Assembly (NCBI GenBank): GCA_964597695.1
Contig: CAZQZB010000004.1
Span: 14,001-78,000, forward strand
From: an uncultured Thalassospiraceae bacterium
GTDB taxonomy: Bacteria; Pseudomonadota; Alphaproteobacteria; Rhodospirillales; Casp-alpha2
Direction: 5' to 3'
Length of the DNA stretch: 64,000 nt
Of the stretch, positions 28,656-38,855 are shown piece by piece. A program made the translations under genes and the position numbers. The notes beneath the pieces were generated by a model. That model was not told the DNA's origin. It saw only the letters and a program-made list of their open reading frames with translations, and searched no databases. Each line of letters begins with the position of its first letter. Position 1 is the stretch's first letter.

Positions 28656-30683
28656 TTATAACCGTCGAAGTTCCTTCCTTAATACTTCCGCGTCAATCAC
28701 GGGCAATCCACAGGTTGGCCCGGCGCAGATATAAACGGCAGGCTGGCCATCGACCAAGCCCTTGCCACGGGCCGGGTGGCCTTCCGGCAGGGCGGCGTCG
28801 TCGGGCAACTGGACAACGATTCGGTTTGCTAGGCCGGCATCAAATACCACCCGGCGAAGTTCGGCCGTCGCGGCGTCTTCCGACGCGCCGACGATAACGA
28901 GCTGGCAGCCGGTCTCAAGCAGCTCAAAGCCGCTCAACAGCGTCGGCTGGTGGGCGAAACTGCGCGATTCCTTGGCGGCGATGGCATGGAACAGTTGCTC
29001 GGCGCGCTCCCGGTGGGCCACCTCACCGGTGAGATAAAACAGCCGTGCCAGAACCTCGGCCATGACGCCGTTGCCGGACGGCACCGCGTTGTCGTGGACC
29101 GTTTTCGAGCGCGCAATCACGTCGTCGGTATCGTCGGCGCCGAGGAAGTATCCCTTGGCGTCGCCATCCCAATAGTGGGCATTGACAATTTCGGTCCAGA
29201 CCTCTGCCCGCGCCAGGTAATCACCCTTCCCCGTCACCCCATGGAGAAGCAACGCCGCCCGAGACATGTTGGCGTAATCGTCGAGGACCGCCGGATGGCT
29301 CAAACGCTCGGCGCACCAGACGTGCCGGAGGCGGCCATCAGACGTCATGGTGCCGGTGACGAAATCAAAAACCGCCTCGGCGGCATCGATCCAGGCGGGC
29401 TCGTCGAACACCGCCCCCGCCTTCGCCAGGGCGGCAATCATCAGTCCGTTCCAGTCGGCCAGGACCTTGTCGTCCCGCTGGGGCCGGACGCGGCCGCCCC
29501 TGATTTTGAGCAGTTTTTCCCGGCATTCCCTGAGGCCTTCCTCGGCGGCGTCGGGCCCGAACCGGAGGTCATGGGAACGGTTGAGGATTGCCTTCCCCTC
29601 CCAATTGCCGTGGGGGGTTACGTCGTAGGCTTCCTTGAACACCGGGGCGTCCGGACCGAGCACTTCGTCGATCTCGGCTTCGACCCAGACGTAGAACTTT
29701 CCTTCCTCGCCCTCGCTGTCGGCATCCAGCGCGCTGGCGAACGCAAACGGGCCATCTTCGGACGAGCGCATCTCGCGGAGCGCCCAGTCGATGGTTTCCT
29801 GAACGCGGACCCGGTAAAGAGGGGTTCGTGTGACCTGCCAGACGTCGGTGAGCAAATCAATGAGAAGCGCGTTGTCATAGAGCATTTTCTCGAAATGCGG
29901 GGCCAACCAAGCCTCGTCGGTGGAATAGCGCGCGAACCCACCGCCTAAGTGATCGTAGATACCGCCCTGGCAGATGTTGTCTAGGGTCACCGTCACCGCT
30001 TGGCCGAATACGGGCCCGTCATGGCGCTTGTGGGCCTGCCACAGAAACTGAAACGTCGTTGGTTGTGGAAACTTTGGCGCTCCCTGGGTGCCGCCGCGAA
30101 CAGGATCGACGTGCTGGAGAATCATCGCTGCGGCCTCGTTCAGCCCGTCCATAGTCAATCGGCCCCCGCCTTCCGGATTAGCCAACTTAGCCAACCCTCG
30201 GCGTAGAGCGGCGGCGTTTTCCATGACTTTGGCATTTTCGGTCCGGAAGGTTTTGGCGATGCTTTTCAGGAGGTCGGGAAAACCCGGACGGCCGTAACGA
30301 GACGTCGAGGGAAAATAAGTGCCGCCCCAAAAAGGCTCGGCACCGGACGTCAGGAACATGGTTAGCGGCCAACCCCCGTGCTCCCCCATCATTCCCAGCG
30401 CCGATTGGTAAATGGCGTCGATGTCGGGACGCTCCTCGCGGTCGACCTTGATGTTGACAAAAAGCTCGTTCATCAACCCGGCGATGGCCTCGTCCTCGAA
30501 GCTTTCGTGGGCCATGACATGGCACCAATGACAGGCGGCATAGCCGACCGATAGCAGGATCGGCTTGTTTTCGCGTTTGGCCAGGGCAAGGGTATCGCCA
30601 TTCCACGGCCGCCAGTGAACCGGGTTGTCCTTGTGCTGGAGAAGATAGGGGCTGGTTTCTTCGGAAAGCAGGTTTCGGGGCAT
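28656..30683 (-). CDS. thioredoxin-domain protein of the YyaL/DUF255 (SSP411-like) family
   Basis: 675 aa. The N-terminal thioredoxin-like part is [25 protein letters not shown], followed by a large alpha/alpha-toroid-like region. Confidence 0.85.
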   Translation of the reverse strand: MPRNLLSEETSPYLLQHKDNPVHWRPWNGDTLALAKRENKPILLSVGYAACHWCHVMAHESFEDEAIAGLMNELFVNIKVDREERPDIDAIYQSALGMMGEHGGWPLTMFLTSGAEPFWGGTYFPSTSRYGRPGFPDLLKSIAKTFRTENAKVMENAAALRRGLAKLANPEGGGRLTMDGLNEAAAMILQHVDPVRGGTQGAPKFPQPTTFQFLWQAHKRHDGPVFGQAVTVTLDNICQGGIYDHLGGGFARYSTDEAWLAPHFEKMLYDNALLIDLLTDVWQVTRTPLYRVRVQETIDWALREMRSSEDGPFAFASALDADSEGEEGKFYVWVEAEIDEVLGPDAPVFKEAYDVTPHGNWEGKAILNRSHDLRFGPDAAEEGLRECREKLLKIRGGRVRPQRDDKVLADWNGLMIAALAKAGAVFDEPAWIDAAEAVFDFVTGTMTSDGRLRHVWCAERLSHPAVLDDYANMSRAALLLHGVTGKGDYLARAEVWTEIVNAHYWDGDAKGYFLGADDTDDVIARSKTVHDNAVPSGNGVMAEVLARLFYLTGEVAHRERAEQLFHAIAAKESRSFAHQPTLLSGFELLETGCQLVIVGASEDAATAELRRVVFDAGLANRIVVQLPDDAALPEGHPARGKGLVDGQPAVYICAGPTCGLPVIDAEVLRKELRRL

Positions 30684-30821
30684 GGAGGAAAGATCCGGCG
30701 ATGGGGGTCCCTTGTGGGGTTAGTTGCCTAGTGACTAATGCTAGCTTAATTTGGATCGTCGGCTCCGCGATACAACCAATATCTAATACCGGCATGGAAA
30801 AAACAAAGGACACTCCCCATC

Positions 30822-31163
30822 GTGAAGCAAAACAACGGCGACCCTCCCGCCTTTTACAGTCGTCATGTATTCTTTTGCGTCAACCAACGCGAAGAAGGCC
30901 ACCCGCGCAGTTGCTGCGCCGACAAGGGATCGCTGGAACTCCGCGAACACATGAAGGCCAGGACCAAGGAAATGGGATTGAAACGGGTCCGAATCAATGC
31001 ATCGGGCTGCCTGGACCGCTGTGAGTTGGGTCCGTCGGTGGTGATATATCCCGAAGGCGTCTGGTACCGGTGTGAGACCAAGGAAGACGTCGACGAAGTG
31101 CTGGAAACCCATGTCCGCGACGGCAGACGGGTCCAGCGGCTGATGATGGATGCTAAGGAATAG
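30822..31163 (+). CDS. thioredoxin-like [2Fe-2S] ferredoxin-domain protein
   Basis: 113 aa with a GTG start. The cysteines fall in the pattern FFCVN...SCCADKG...ASGCLDRCELGP, followed by VVIYPEGVWY. This is typical of (2Fe-2S) ferredoxin-domain proteins. Confidence 0.75.
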   Translation: MKQNNGDPPAFYSRHVFFCVNQREEGHPRSCCADKGSLELREHMKARTKEMGLKRVRINASGCLDRCELGPSVVIYPEGVWYRCETKEDVDEVLETHVRDGRRVQRLMMDAKE

Positions 31164-31184
31164 GCCCGCGGGGGAAGCTTTATT

Positions 31185-32570
31185 TTGGGTGCGCCCGTAT
31201 TTTTCAACGAAACCGAAAGCATCTATGCCCTAGCCAGCGGCGCTGGCCGGGCCGGGATCGCCGTCATCCGCATATCCGGGCCCGGCGCGGGCCCCGCCTT
31301 GGCCGGCCTCGCCGGCACCGAATTGCCGGAGACACCCCTTATCCCGCGCCGGGCGACGTCCGTCAGGCTGACGGATCCCACGACCTCGGAAACCATTGAC
31401 CACGGCCTGGCGATCTGGTTCCCGGGTCCTGCCAGCTTCACCGGCGAGGACGTGGCGGAGCTTCACGTTCACGGAGGCCATTCCGTGGTCGCGGGAATCC
31501 TTGAGGCCCTTGGGGCCATGTCGGGCCTGAGAATGGCCGAGCCGGGAGAATTTTCTCGGCGAGCCTTCGAAAACGATAAATTCGACCTGACGGCGGCCGA
31601 GGGGTTGGCCGATCTGGTCGACGCCGAAACATCAGCGCAACGCCGTCAGGCATTGAGGCAACTACAAGGGGAACTCGGCAGGCTTTACGAGTCGTGGCGG
31701 GAACGACTGCTGAGGGCCCTGGCCCACCGGGAAGCCGAAATCGATTTTTCCGACGAAGACCTGCCGGACGGCGTCGACGCCGCCGCCCGGACCGAGGTTG
31801 CCCGGCTGGAAAAAGAGATCGCCAGGCACCTGGAAGACGGACGGCGGGGGGAAAGACTGCGCTCGGGTCTCCACATCGCTATCATCGGCCCGCCCAACGC
31901 CGGTAAATCGAGCCTGTTGAACCTGTTGGCGCAGCGGGACGCCGCCATCGTCTCCGAGACCGCGGGCACTACCCGGGATGTGATCGAGGTGCATCTGGAC
32001 CTTGGTGGCTATCCGGTGGTAGTCGCCGATACGGCGGGTCTCAGGAACGGCCGGGACGAAATCGAGATCGAAGGCGTCCGCAGGGCCCGCGACCAGGCGT
32101 CGGAAGCGGACCTGCGTTTGGCCGTTTTCGATGGCGAGACTTGGCCCGAGGTGGACCCCATGACGGTCGGGCTGGTCGATGCAAACACCGTGGTCGTGAT
32201 CAACAAGATCGACCTTAAAGCCCCGGCCCCGCCGCTGAAGGTCAACGGCGAGTTAGCGCTAGGTATCTCGGCCCTGAGAGGCGACGGCATCGACGGCTTG
32301 CTGGCGGCGGTGACGGATCAAGTCTCCGGCATCGTCGGCGTTACCGCCTCCCCCGCCCCTTCCCTGACCCGGGCCCGGCATCGCGAGGCGCTCGAGGAAT
32401 GCTGGGCGGCGCTAAAGCGATTCCCGGCCGCAGCCGGGGACGACAAGACGCCGGAGTTGGCGGCCGAGGACTTGCGCCTGGCCGCCCGGGCGCTGGGCAG
32501 GATAACCGGGCGGGTGGACGTGGACGAGGTGCTGGACGTCATCTTCCGGGACTTCTGCATCGGCAAATAA
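31185..32570 (+). CDS. mnmE: tRNA modification GTPase MnmE
   Basis: 461 aa with a TTG start. Features are IYALASGAGRAGIAVIRISG, G1 GPPNAGKSSLLN, G3 DTAGLR, G4 NKIDL, and the C-terminal FCIGK. Confidence 0.95.
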   Translation: MGAPVFFNETESIYALASGAGRAGIAVIRISGPGAGPALAGLAGTELPETPLIPRRATSVRLTDPTTSETIDHGLAIWFPGPASFTGEDVAELHVHGGHSVVAGILEALGAMSGLRMAEPGEFSRRAFENDKFDLTAAEGLADLVDAETSAQRRQALRQLQGELGRLYESWRERLLRALAHREAEIDFSDEDLPDGVDAAARTEVARLEKEIARHLEDGRRGERLRSGLHIAIIGPPNAGKSSLLNLLAQRDAAIVSETAGTTRDVIEVHLDLGGYPVVVADTAGLRNGRDEIEIEGVRRARDQASEADLRLAVFDGETWPEVDPMTVGLVDANTVVVINKIDLKAPAPPLKVNGELALGISALRGDGIDGLLAAVTDQVSGIVGVTASPAPSLTRARHREALEECWAALKRFPAAAGDDKTPELAAEDLRLAARALGRITGRVDVDEVLDVIFRDFCIGK

Positions 32571-32625
32571 CTCTTGGGGCAACGCCACGGAATGGAGGCG
32601 GGGGGGCAAAACAGGATCGAAGTAG

Positions 32626-32641
32626 TGTTTCACGTGAAACA
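32626..32641. promoter_or_regulatory. parS centromere site (perfect consensus TGTTTCACGTGAAACA)
   Basis: Exact 16-bp palindromic match to the ParB-binding parS consensus, located between mnmE and mnmG about 3.5 kb upstream of parAB. Confidence 0.85.
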
Positions 32642-32840
32642 ATGCCTCCCGGCCCTTGGCTTTGTCAGGATTCGGCGCTGCTGAAGCACCCTTCGATCGG
32701 GACTCCGCTTATTGTTTTGGACGCTAGGCCATGACTCCAGAAATACCAATCCGGGGCCGGATATGCTTTGGCTCTAATTTCTTTTATTGCCGCTCCAGGA
32801 CGTTTGACACAGGCTCGGTACCGACCCTAAATTCTGACTC

Positions 32841-34718
32841 ATGAAAGCCCCGACGAATTCCTATGACGTTATCGTCATCGGTGGCGGCCACGCCGGCAGT
32901 GAAGCGGCGGTAGCGGCGGCGCGTTTCGGCGCCCGGACGCTGCTGTTGACCCACCGCATCGAGACCATCGGCGAAATGTCCTGCAATCCTGCCATCGGCG
33001 GCTTGGCCAAGGGACAGCTGGTGCGTGAGATTGATGCCTTGGATGGGATCATGAGCTGCGCCATCGACAAGGCCGGCATTCAGTTCCGCATTCTTAACCG
33101 AAGCAAGGGCCCGGCTGTACAGGGGCCCCGCGCTCAGGCCGACCGAAAACTCTACAAGCGTGCGATCCAAGACCTGTTGGGGGCTCAACAAGGCCTGGAG
33201 ATCCGCGCCGATGCGGTCGAGGACCTGATTCTTTACAATGGCGGAGAAATTGCCGGCGTCAGGACCGCCAGCGGCGAAGACATCACCGCAGGCAGCGTCG
33301 TGGTAACGACGGGGACTTTCCTGCGCGGACTAATTCACATCGGCGACACCCGGATTCCGGCCGGGCGAATCGGTGACAAGCCGGCGATCGGACTTACTTA
33401 CACCTTCAAACGTTTCGGGCTAGCCCTCGGTCGCCTGAAAACCGGTACCCCGCCCCGCCTCGACGGCCGCACCATCAATTGGAAGGGACTCCAGGTACAG
33501 CCCGGCGACGACCCACCCGTTCCCTTTTCATATTTAACGGAAAGGATCGAGATCCCGCAGATCAGCTGCCACATCACCGGCACCACCCCGGCTAGCCACG
33601 CCCTGATCGAGGAAAATCTTCATCTTTCGGCCATGTATTCGGGCCGGATTTCTGGCATCGGGCCCCGATACTGTCCGTCCATCGAAGACAAGGTGGTCCG
33701 TTTCAGCGGCCGGGACCGCCACCAGATCTTTCTCGAACCGGAGGGCTTAGACGACCACACGGTCTATCCGAACGGCATTTCCACCTCATTGCCGAAGAAC
33801 GTCCAACTCAACCTCCTGAAGACCATCCCCGGCCTAGAAAACGCCCAAATGCTCCGGCCCGGTTATGCCATCGAGTACGACTTTGTCGATCCCCGGGAGC
33901 TCAAGCCGAGCCTTGAGACCCAGTGCACCAAAGGCCTTTATCTTGCCGGCCAGATCAACGGCACCACCGGCTACGAAGAAGCCGCCGCCCAGGGCCTGAT
34001 GGCGGGGATCAACGCCGCCCGAACCGCCGCCGGCCAGGAACCGATGGTCCTGGACCGGGCCGACGCCTATATCGGCGTCATGGTCGACGATCTGGTGACC
34101 CTTGGGACCAGTGAGCCCTACCGGATGTTCACCTCGCGTGCCGAATATCGCCTGAAACTACGCGCCGATAACGCAGATCAACGGTTGACGGAAAAGGGAA
34201 TAGTTGCCGGTTGCGTCGGCCCCGAGCGGGCCCGGGCCTTCGGCAAAAAAATAAAGGAACTGAAAGAGGCCGCCGCCGTCCTCAACGGATTGAGAGCGTC
34301 GCCCAACCGGCTCCGCGCCCAGGGCATCGACATCAACCTCGATGGGGTCAAAAGAACCGCCCTAGAACTGTTGGCCTACCGCGGCATCGACCTCGCCGTC
34401 CTGAGCCGTTTTTGGCCGGAATTGGCCCGTATCCGGCCTGAAATCGGCCGGCAGCTTAAAATCGAATCCGGCTATGCAGGTTATATCGACCGCCAGGATG
34501 CGGATATCCAAGCCTTCCGCCGCGACGAAGCCCTTGAACTGCCCGATTGGCTGGACTTCGATTCCATACCCGGGCTGTCCGTTGAAATTCGTGACAAACT
34601 GACCCAGACCCGGCCCGCCACACTCGGCGCTGCGGCCCGGATCTCAGGCGTCACCCCGGCGGCGTTGACGGTCCTCCTCGGCCATGTGCGACGCCGTGAC
34701 GCCGCGACGACCGCCTGA
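32841..34718 (+). CDS. mnmG: tRNA uridine 5-carboxymethylaminomethyl modification enzyme MnmG (GidA)
   Basis: 625 aa. The FAD motif is [16 protein letters not shown], with [20 protein letters not shown] following. Confidence 0.97.
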   Translation: MKAPTNSYDVIVIGGGHAGSEAAVAAARFGARTLLLTHRIETIGEMSCNPAIGGLAKGQLVREIDALDGIMSCAIDKAGIQFRILNRSKGPAVQGPRAQADRKLYKRAIQDLLGAQQGLEIRADAVEDLILYNGGEIAGVRTASGEDITAGSVVVTTGTFLRGLIHIGDTRIPAGRIGDKPAIGLTYTFKRFGLALGRLKTGTPPRLDGRTINWKGLQVQPGDDPPVPFSYLTERIEIPQISCHITGTTPASHALIEENLHLSAMYSGRISGIGPRYCPSIEDKVVRFSGRDRHQIFLEPEGLDDHTVYPNGISTSLPKNVQLNLLKTIPGLENAQMLRPGYAIEYDFVDPRELKPSLETQCTKGLYLAGQINGTTGYEEAAAQGLMAGINAARTAAGQEPMVLDRADAYIGVMVDDLVTLGTSEPYRMFTSRAEYRLKLRADNADQRLTEKGIVAGCVGPERARAFGKKIKELKEAAAVLNGLRASPNRLRAQGIDINLDGVKRTALELLAYRGIDLAVLSRFWPELARIRPEIGRQLKIESGYAGYIDRQDADIQAFRRDEALELPDWLDFDSIPGLSVEIRDKLTQTRPATLGAAARISGVTPAALTVLLGHVRRRDAATTA

Positions 34719-34737
34719 TAGCATGATCCAAACGGCC

Positions 34738-34753
34738 CGTTTCACGTGAAACA
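34738..34753. promoter_or_regulatory. parS centromere site (15/16 match: CGTTTCACGTGAAACA)
   Basis: Second copy of the GTTTCACGTGAAAC core. It overlaps the predicted GTG start (34746) of rsmG. Confidence 0.75.
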
Positions 34754-35384
34754 TGCGCCGTTAACTCCGCATGGCTTTCAGGAAATCTGCAGGGTTTCGG
34801 ACGACGCACTGGAGCGCCTAAAAACTTTCGTGGCGTTGCTCGAAAAATGGCGAACGAAGATCAACCTCGTCGGCCGCAGAAGCCTTGACAATCCCTGGCA
34901 CCGCCATATCCTCGATTCGGCGCAACTGGGACCCCTGTTGCCGCCCGGGACAAAGTCCATTGCTGATATCGGCAGCGGCGCCGGGTTTCCGGGGTTGGTT
35001 CTGGCGCTTATCGATCTCCCCGGGGGCCCCGATGTCCACATTATCGAAAGCAACCAACGCAAGTGCGCCTTCCTACGCGAAGTCAACCGTGCCACTGGCG
35101 CCGGCGCCGTAATTCATCATTGCCGGATCGAAAATTTATCGAACCTGAGGGTCAATGTGGCAACGGCGCGAGGCGTTGCGCCTTTGACGAAACTTTTGCA
35201 ATTCGCGGTGCCGGTCCTGAAAAAAAACGGAAAATGTTTTTTCCTGAAGGGTAAAAAATGGCAAGAGGAATTGACGAGAGCCAAAAAAGATTGGAATATG
35301 AAGGAATCAAATATCTCAAGTTTATCAGATTCCTTGGGCATGGTTATAAAATTAGAGGCACTGTCCCGCCGTCATGATTCCTGA
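34746..35384 (+). CDS. rsmG: 16S rRNA (guanine527-N7)-methyltransferase RsmG (GidB)
   Basis: 212 aa. The SAM motif is DIGSGAGFPGLVLA, and the gene sits between mnmG and parA. Confidence 0.9.
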   Translation: MKHAPLTPHGFQEICRVSDDALERLKTFVALLEKWRTKINLVGRRSLDNPWHRHILDSAQLGPLLPPGTKSIADIGSGAGFPGLVLALIDLPGGPDVHIIESNQRKCAFLREVNRATGAGAVIHHCRIENLSNLRVNVATARGVAPLTKLLQFAVPVLKKNGKCFFLKGKKWQEELTRAKKDWNMKESNISSLSDSLGMVIKLEALSRRHDS

Positions 35385-36183
35385 TAGACCCTTGCTGCAA
35401 AACCGCGGCACCCGAATTTTTGCCATCGCCAATCAGAAAGGCGGCGTCGGAAAGACAACGACGACAATCAATCTGGCTACCGCCCTTGCCGCCATCCGCC
35501 AAAAAGTCATGATCATCGATTTCGATCCCCAGGGAAACGCCAGCACCGGCCTAGGCGTCCGGCGCGAAGACCGGGAGGTCAATTCCTATCATCTCCTGAT
35601 CGGCGAGGTGGAGTTAGCAGAAACTGTCCTGGAAACCGATATCCCCGGCCTTCACATCATGCCGTCGGGGATCGACCTGTCAGGGGCCGAAATTGAGCTC
35701 GTCAACCAGGAACGCCGAGAATACTTCCTCAGGGAGGCCCTGAAGAATGGAGCCGAAGATTATGATTACGTGTTGATCGATTGCCCGCCGGCGTTAGGCC
35801 TGCTGACCATCAATGCCCTTGTTGCCGCCCGGGCGGTGCTGGTGCCCCTTCAGTGCGAATTCTTTGCCCTCGAGGGCATCAGCCAGTTAGTCAAAACCAT
35901 TGAACACGTTAAGCGGGCCTTCAATCCGGGCCTCGATATACAGGGCATCGTGCTGACCATGCATGACCGCCGAAACAATCTGTCTCATATGGTGGTCAAC
36001 GATGTCCGCGACTTTTTCGGCGACAAAGTCTACAAGACTGTGATCCCTCGCAATATCCGGGTCAGCGAAGCCCCGTCCCACGGCTGTCCGGTGATCATTT
36101 TTGACCTGAATTGCGCCGGATCCAAAGCTTATCTGAGCCTCGCCGGCGAGGTGATCCACCGAGAACGGCAAATTTCAGTCTGA
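35374..36183 (+). CDS. parA: chromosome partitioning ATPase ParA
   Basis: 269 aa with the deviant Walker A motif NQKGGVGKTTTTINLA. Confidence 0.95.
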   Translation: MIPDRPLLQNRGTRIFAIANQKGGVGKTTTTINLATALAAIRQKVMIIDFDPQGNASTGLGVRREDREVNSYHLLIGEVELAETVLETDIPGLHIMPSGIDLSGAEIELVNQERREYFLREALKNGAEDYDYVLIDCPPALGLLTINALVAARAVLVPLQCEFFALEGISQLVKTIEHVKRAFNPGLDIQGIVLTMHDRRNNLSHMVVNDVRDFFGDKVYKTVIPRNIRVSEAPSHGCPVIIFDLNCAGSKAYLSLAGEVIHRERQISV

Positions 36184-37184
36184 TGGCGGAAGAAAAACGC
36201 AAGAACCTCGGTCGTGGCCTGTCGGCGCTTATGGGCGAGGACAGGAGTGATAACGGGGGCGAGCCAACAAAGTCCGATAACGCCAAGGGTTCCAGGCTGG
36301 TGCCCGTCGAGTGCCTTTTTCCCGGCCGCTATCAACCCCGTCTTTCGGTGGATGAAGAAAAGATCAGCGAACTGGCGCAATCGATTCGTGAAAACGGGAT
36401 TATCCAGCCGCTGCTTGTCAGGCGCCAGTCGGAAGACAAGGCCTCTTTTGAAATCATCGCCGGTGAAAGGCGCTGGCGGGCTGCCCAAATGGCCAAGCTC
36501 CACGACGTCCCAGTGATCATCAGAGACCTCAGCGACCAGGAAGCGCTGGAAATCGCTTTGGTCGAAAACCTCCAACGCCAGGACCTGTCATCGCTGGAAG
36601 AAGCCGAAGGATATCAGCGCCTGATGAACGAATTCTCCCACACCCAGGAGGACCTCGCCAAAACCGTCGGCAAAAGCCGCAGCCACGTCGCCAATACCTT
36701 GCGCCTGTTGGGCCTGCCGGGGCCGGTCAAGAAGATGCTGGGCAACGGCGACCTTTCCGTCGGTCACGCGCGGGCTATCCTGAACACGCTGGATCCCGTG
36801 GCGGTGGCCTGTCAGGTGGTCAAAAAGGAACTTAACGTTCGCCAGACCGAAAGACTGGTCCGCAAGAAACAGCGGCAAAAGGAAAAACCTAAGACCCCTG
36901 AGAAAAAGGACGTCGACACTGTGGCGTTGGAACGGGATCTTGCCAACCTCCTAGGATTGAAGGTGGGGATAAAATTCAAGAACGGTGGCGGGTCGCTGAC
37001 GGTTCATTACAGCTCCCTGGAACAACTGGACGATATTCTCCTGCGGTTGGGGCAGGGCGGGGAGGCGACTTCGGGGCCCGAGCCGGCGGCCCCATCGAAA
37101 ACGAAAGCCTCCGGAAAGGCCGACCCCAAACTGTCGATCAGCCTCAATTCCAAGACCCGGCGGGCAAAAAAGAAGGGCCGGTAA
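36183..37184 (+). CDS. parB: chromosome partitioning protein ParB
   Basis: Track ORF 36111..37184. The start was moved to ATG 36183, which overlaps the parA stop as TGATG and gives MAEEKRKNLGRGLSALMGED. The ParB box IIAGERRWRAA is present, followed by an HTH and a Lys/Pro-rich tail. Confidence 0.95.
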   Translation: MAEEKRKNLGRGLSALMGEDRSDNGGEPTKSDNAKGSRLVPVECLFPGRYQPRLSVDEEKISELAQSIRENGIIQPLLVRRQSEDKASFEIIAGERRWRAAQMAKLHDVPVIIRDLSDQEALEIALVENLQRQDLSSLEEAEGYQRLMNEFSHTQEDLAKTVGKSRSHVANTLRLLGLPGPVKKMLGNGDLSVGHARAILNTLDPVAVACQVVKKELNVRQTERLVRKKQRQKEKPKTPEKKDVDTVALERDLANLLGLKVGIKFKNGGGSLTVHYSSLEQLDDILLRLGQGGEATSGPEPAAPSKTKASGKADPKLSISLNSKTRRAKKKGR

Positions 37185-37258
37185 ATCAGGGCCACCCAAT
37201 AATTTCAACGCCTTCCCAATGAAGTAGGGCAGATACCGAAGGTGTCCGTGCGAAGGCT

Positions 37259-38335
37259 TTAACGGGCGCGGATGCGGGCGCCAGACCGGGCCGCCTGGGC
37301 GATCCGGATCAAGGCCCTGTGACAGCCCGCGGCGGCCGGAAAACCGGTCGACTTGCAATCAATTTCGGCTTCGGTGGCCAGCCCTAGGGCGTCTGCTAGG
37401 CGGCCGTTCCGCCAGAAGCCCATCTGGGCCTTGAACTGAGCCTTGAATTTGAAAATGACAGAAGGCCTTAGCGCCTGGATGGCCCTATCCTCCTCTTCGC
37501 CCTTATTAACCAGCCCCAAGGCGAAATGAAGCCTTTGCAAATGGCGCTGAACGGCACGGAGCACACCGACGGGACTCGTGCCCTCCAGGTACGCGCGCTG
37601 AAGCGTCCGGTCGAGTTCCAGGGAATCTCCGCCAGCCGTAGCATAGGCCAAGGCGTCAAGGGCCATGGCGGCGCTGTCGCCGATGCAAACCATAACGTCC
37701 TCAAGACCGACCGATCCCGGGGGGCCGGGTTTTCCGTTATCGCCCCCGGCGCCGGTTCCGCCAACATAAAGCGCCAATTTTTCAAGCTCGGTCCTGGAAA
37801 TCATGCGATCGCCGCCCAGGTTGTCAGCTAGATAAACCGATGCCTCCGCTGTCGCCATCAAGCCGTGGTGGCCCAGTGTCTCGCGAATAATCGCCGCCAG
37901 CGCCGATCCGTCGTCTTCGAAGCACCCGATAGAGGCAGCGTTGCTGGCCTTTTCAAAAAGCTTACGCAGGGATGACTTTGGACCAAGATTGCCAGCTTCG
38001 GCAATGACGAAACTTTCACCGCCGACAAACTTAAAAAGGGTCTTGAATATTTCGGAAATGCCGTCGGTCGCTTCGCGGACCCTTATAACCCGCCGGCCAC
38101 CGGTCATGGATAAAGCCGCTGCCTCGTCGATCAGCCGCGGCGGGTCGGTCTTGACGGCGGCGCCGGTCATCTCGACGACCCGGAAGGGGTCGCCCGGGTC
38201 GTCAACGACCAAGCGGATAAGGGCCTGGGCCCGTTCGCGAACTAGTCCCTGATCGGGGCCGTAAACCAGCACGGCGACAATTTCCGGCTCCGGCTGGCGG
38301 AGGAAACGTTCTACACGGGCGCCGGAAATCTTCAC
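37259..38335 (-). CDS. holA: DNA polymerase III subunit delta
   Basis: 358 aa. The N-terminus is VLVYGPDQGLVRERAQAL. The position downstream of leuS-lptE is the conserved leuS-lptE-holA arrangement. Confidence 0.8.
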   Translation of the reverse strand: MKISGARVERFLRQPEPEIVAVLVYGPDQGLVRERAQALIRLVVDDPGDPFRVVEMTGAAVKTDPPRLIDEAAALSMTGGRRVIRVREATDGISEIFKTLFKFVGGESFVIAEAGNLGPKSSLRKLFEKASNAASIGCFEDDGSALAAIIRETLGHHGLMATAEASVYLADNLGGDRMISRTELEKLALYVGGTGAGGDNGKPGPPGSVGLEDVMVCIGDSAAMALDALAYATAGGDSLELDRTLQRAYLEGTSPVGVLRAVQRHLQRLHFALGLVNKGEEEDRAIQALRPSVIFKFKAQFKAQMGFWRNGRLADALGLATEAEIDCKSTGFPAAAGCHRALIRIAQAARSGARIRAR

Positions 38336-38342
38336 GTGGCGG

Positions 38343-38855
38343 CTATTTTTCTTGACCCTGCCGGTGGGCGAGGAAAACGATCAACCTGATCCGGATGTCC
38401 TCGCTCAATTCGCGGACCGCACGGGCACGAGCATCCTTTTCAGCCATCAGAGTGGCGAACTCGGAATCCAGAATATTGTAGCTGACCGTTATAAAACTTT
38501 TTGCTGAAAACAACGTCTTACCGCCGGCAAGGGTTGTCAAACTGTAATTCACATTAACGGTCAAATTAGCCCGGGTCGCAATGGCGCTTTTACTCACCGC
38601 AAGGGAAGACGTGCTCTCTTGGACCAGGGTTTGCAAAATGTAACGAGGCCTCCGGGAAAGGCCCCTGGGGTTGAGCACCGTCAATAAATGGTTATACAGC
38701 TGTTGGCCGATGCGGTCGGGAATTGGCTCGACCTTGATAATGGGCAATTCTAACGGCGCCCCGCCGGCCGTCCGGTCACTATAAAGCGGCCGGAATCCAC
38801 AAGCCCCGAGAAGACCAAGAACAACCAGAAACGAAATTGTCCTAAACGACCACAT
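38343..38855 (-). CDS. lptE: LPS-assembly lipoprotein LptE
   Basis: Track ORF 38343..38903. ATG 38855 gives [25 protein letters not shown] (signal peptide plus lipobox and the typical GF.P.Y sequence). It lies immediately after leuS. Confidence 0.7.
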   Translation of the reverse strand: MWSFRTISFLVVLGLLGACGFRPLYSDRTAGGAPLELPIIKVEPIPDRIGQQLYNHLLTVLNPRGLSRRPRYILQTLVQESTSSLAVSKSAIATRANLTVNVNYSLTTLAGGKTLFSAKSFITVSYNILDSEFATLMAEKDARARAVRELSEDIRIRLIVFLAHRQGQEK

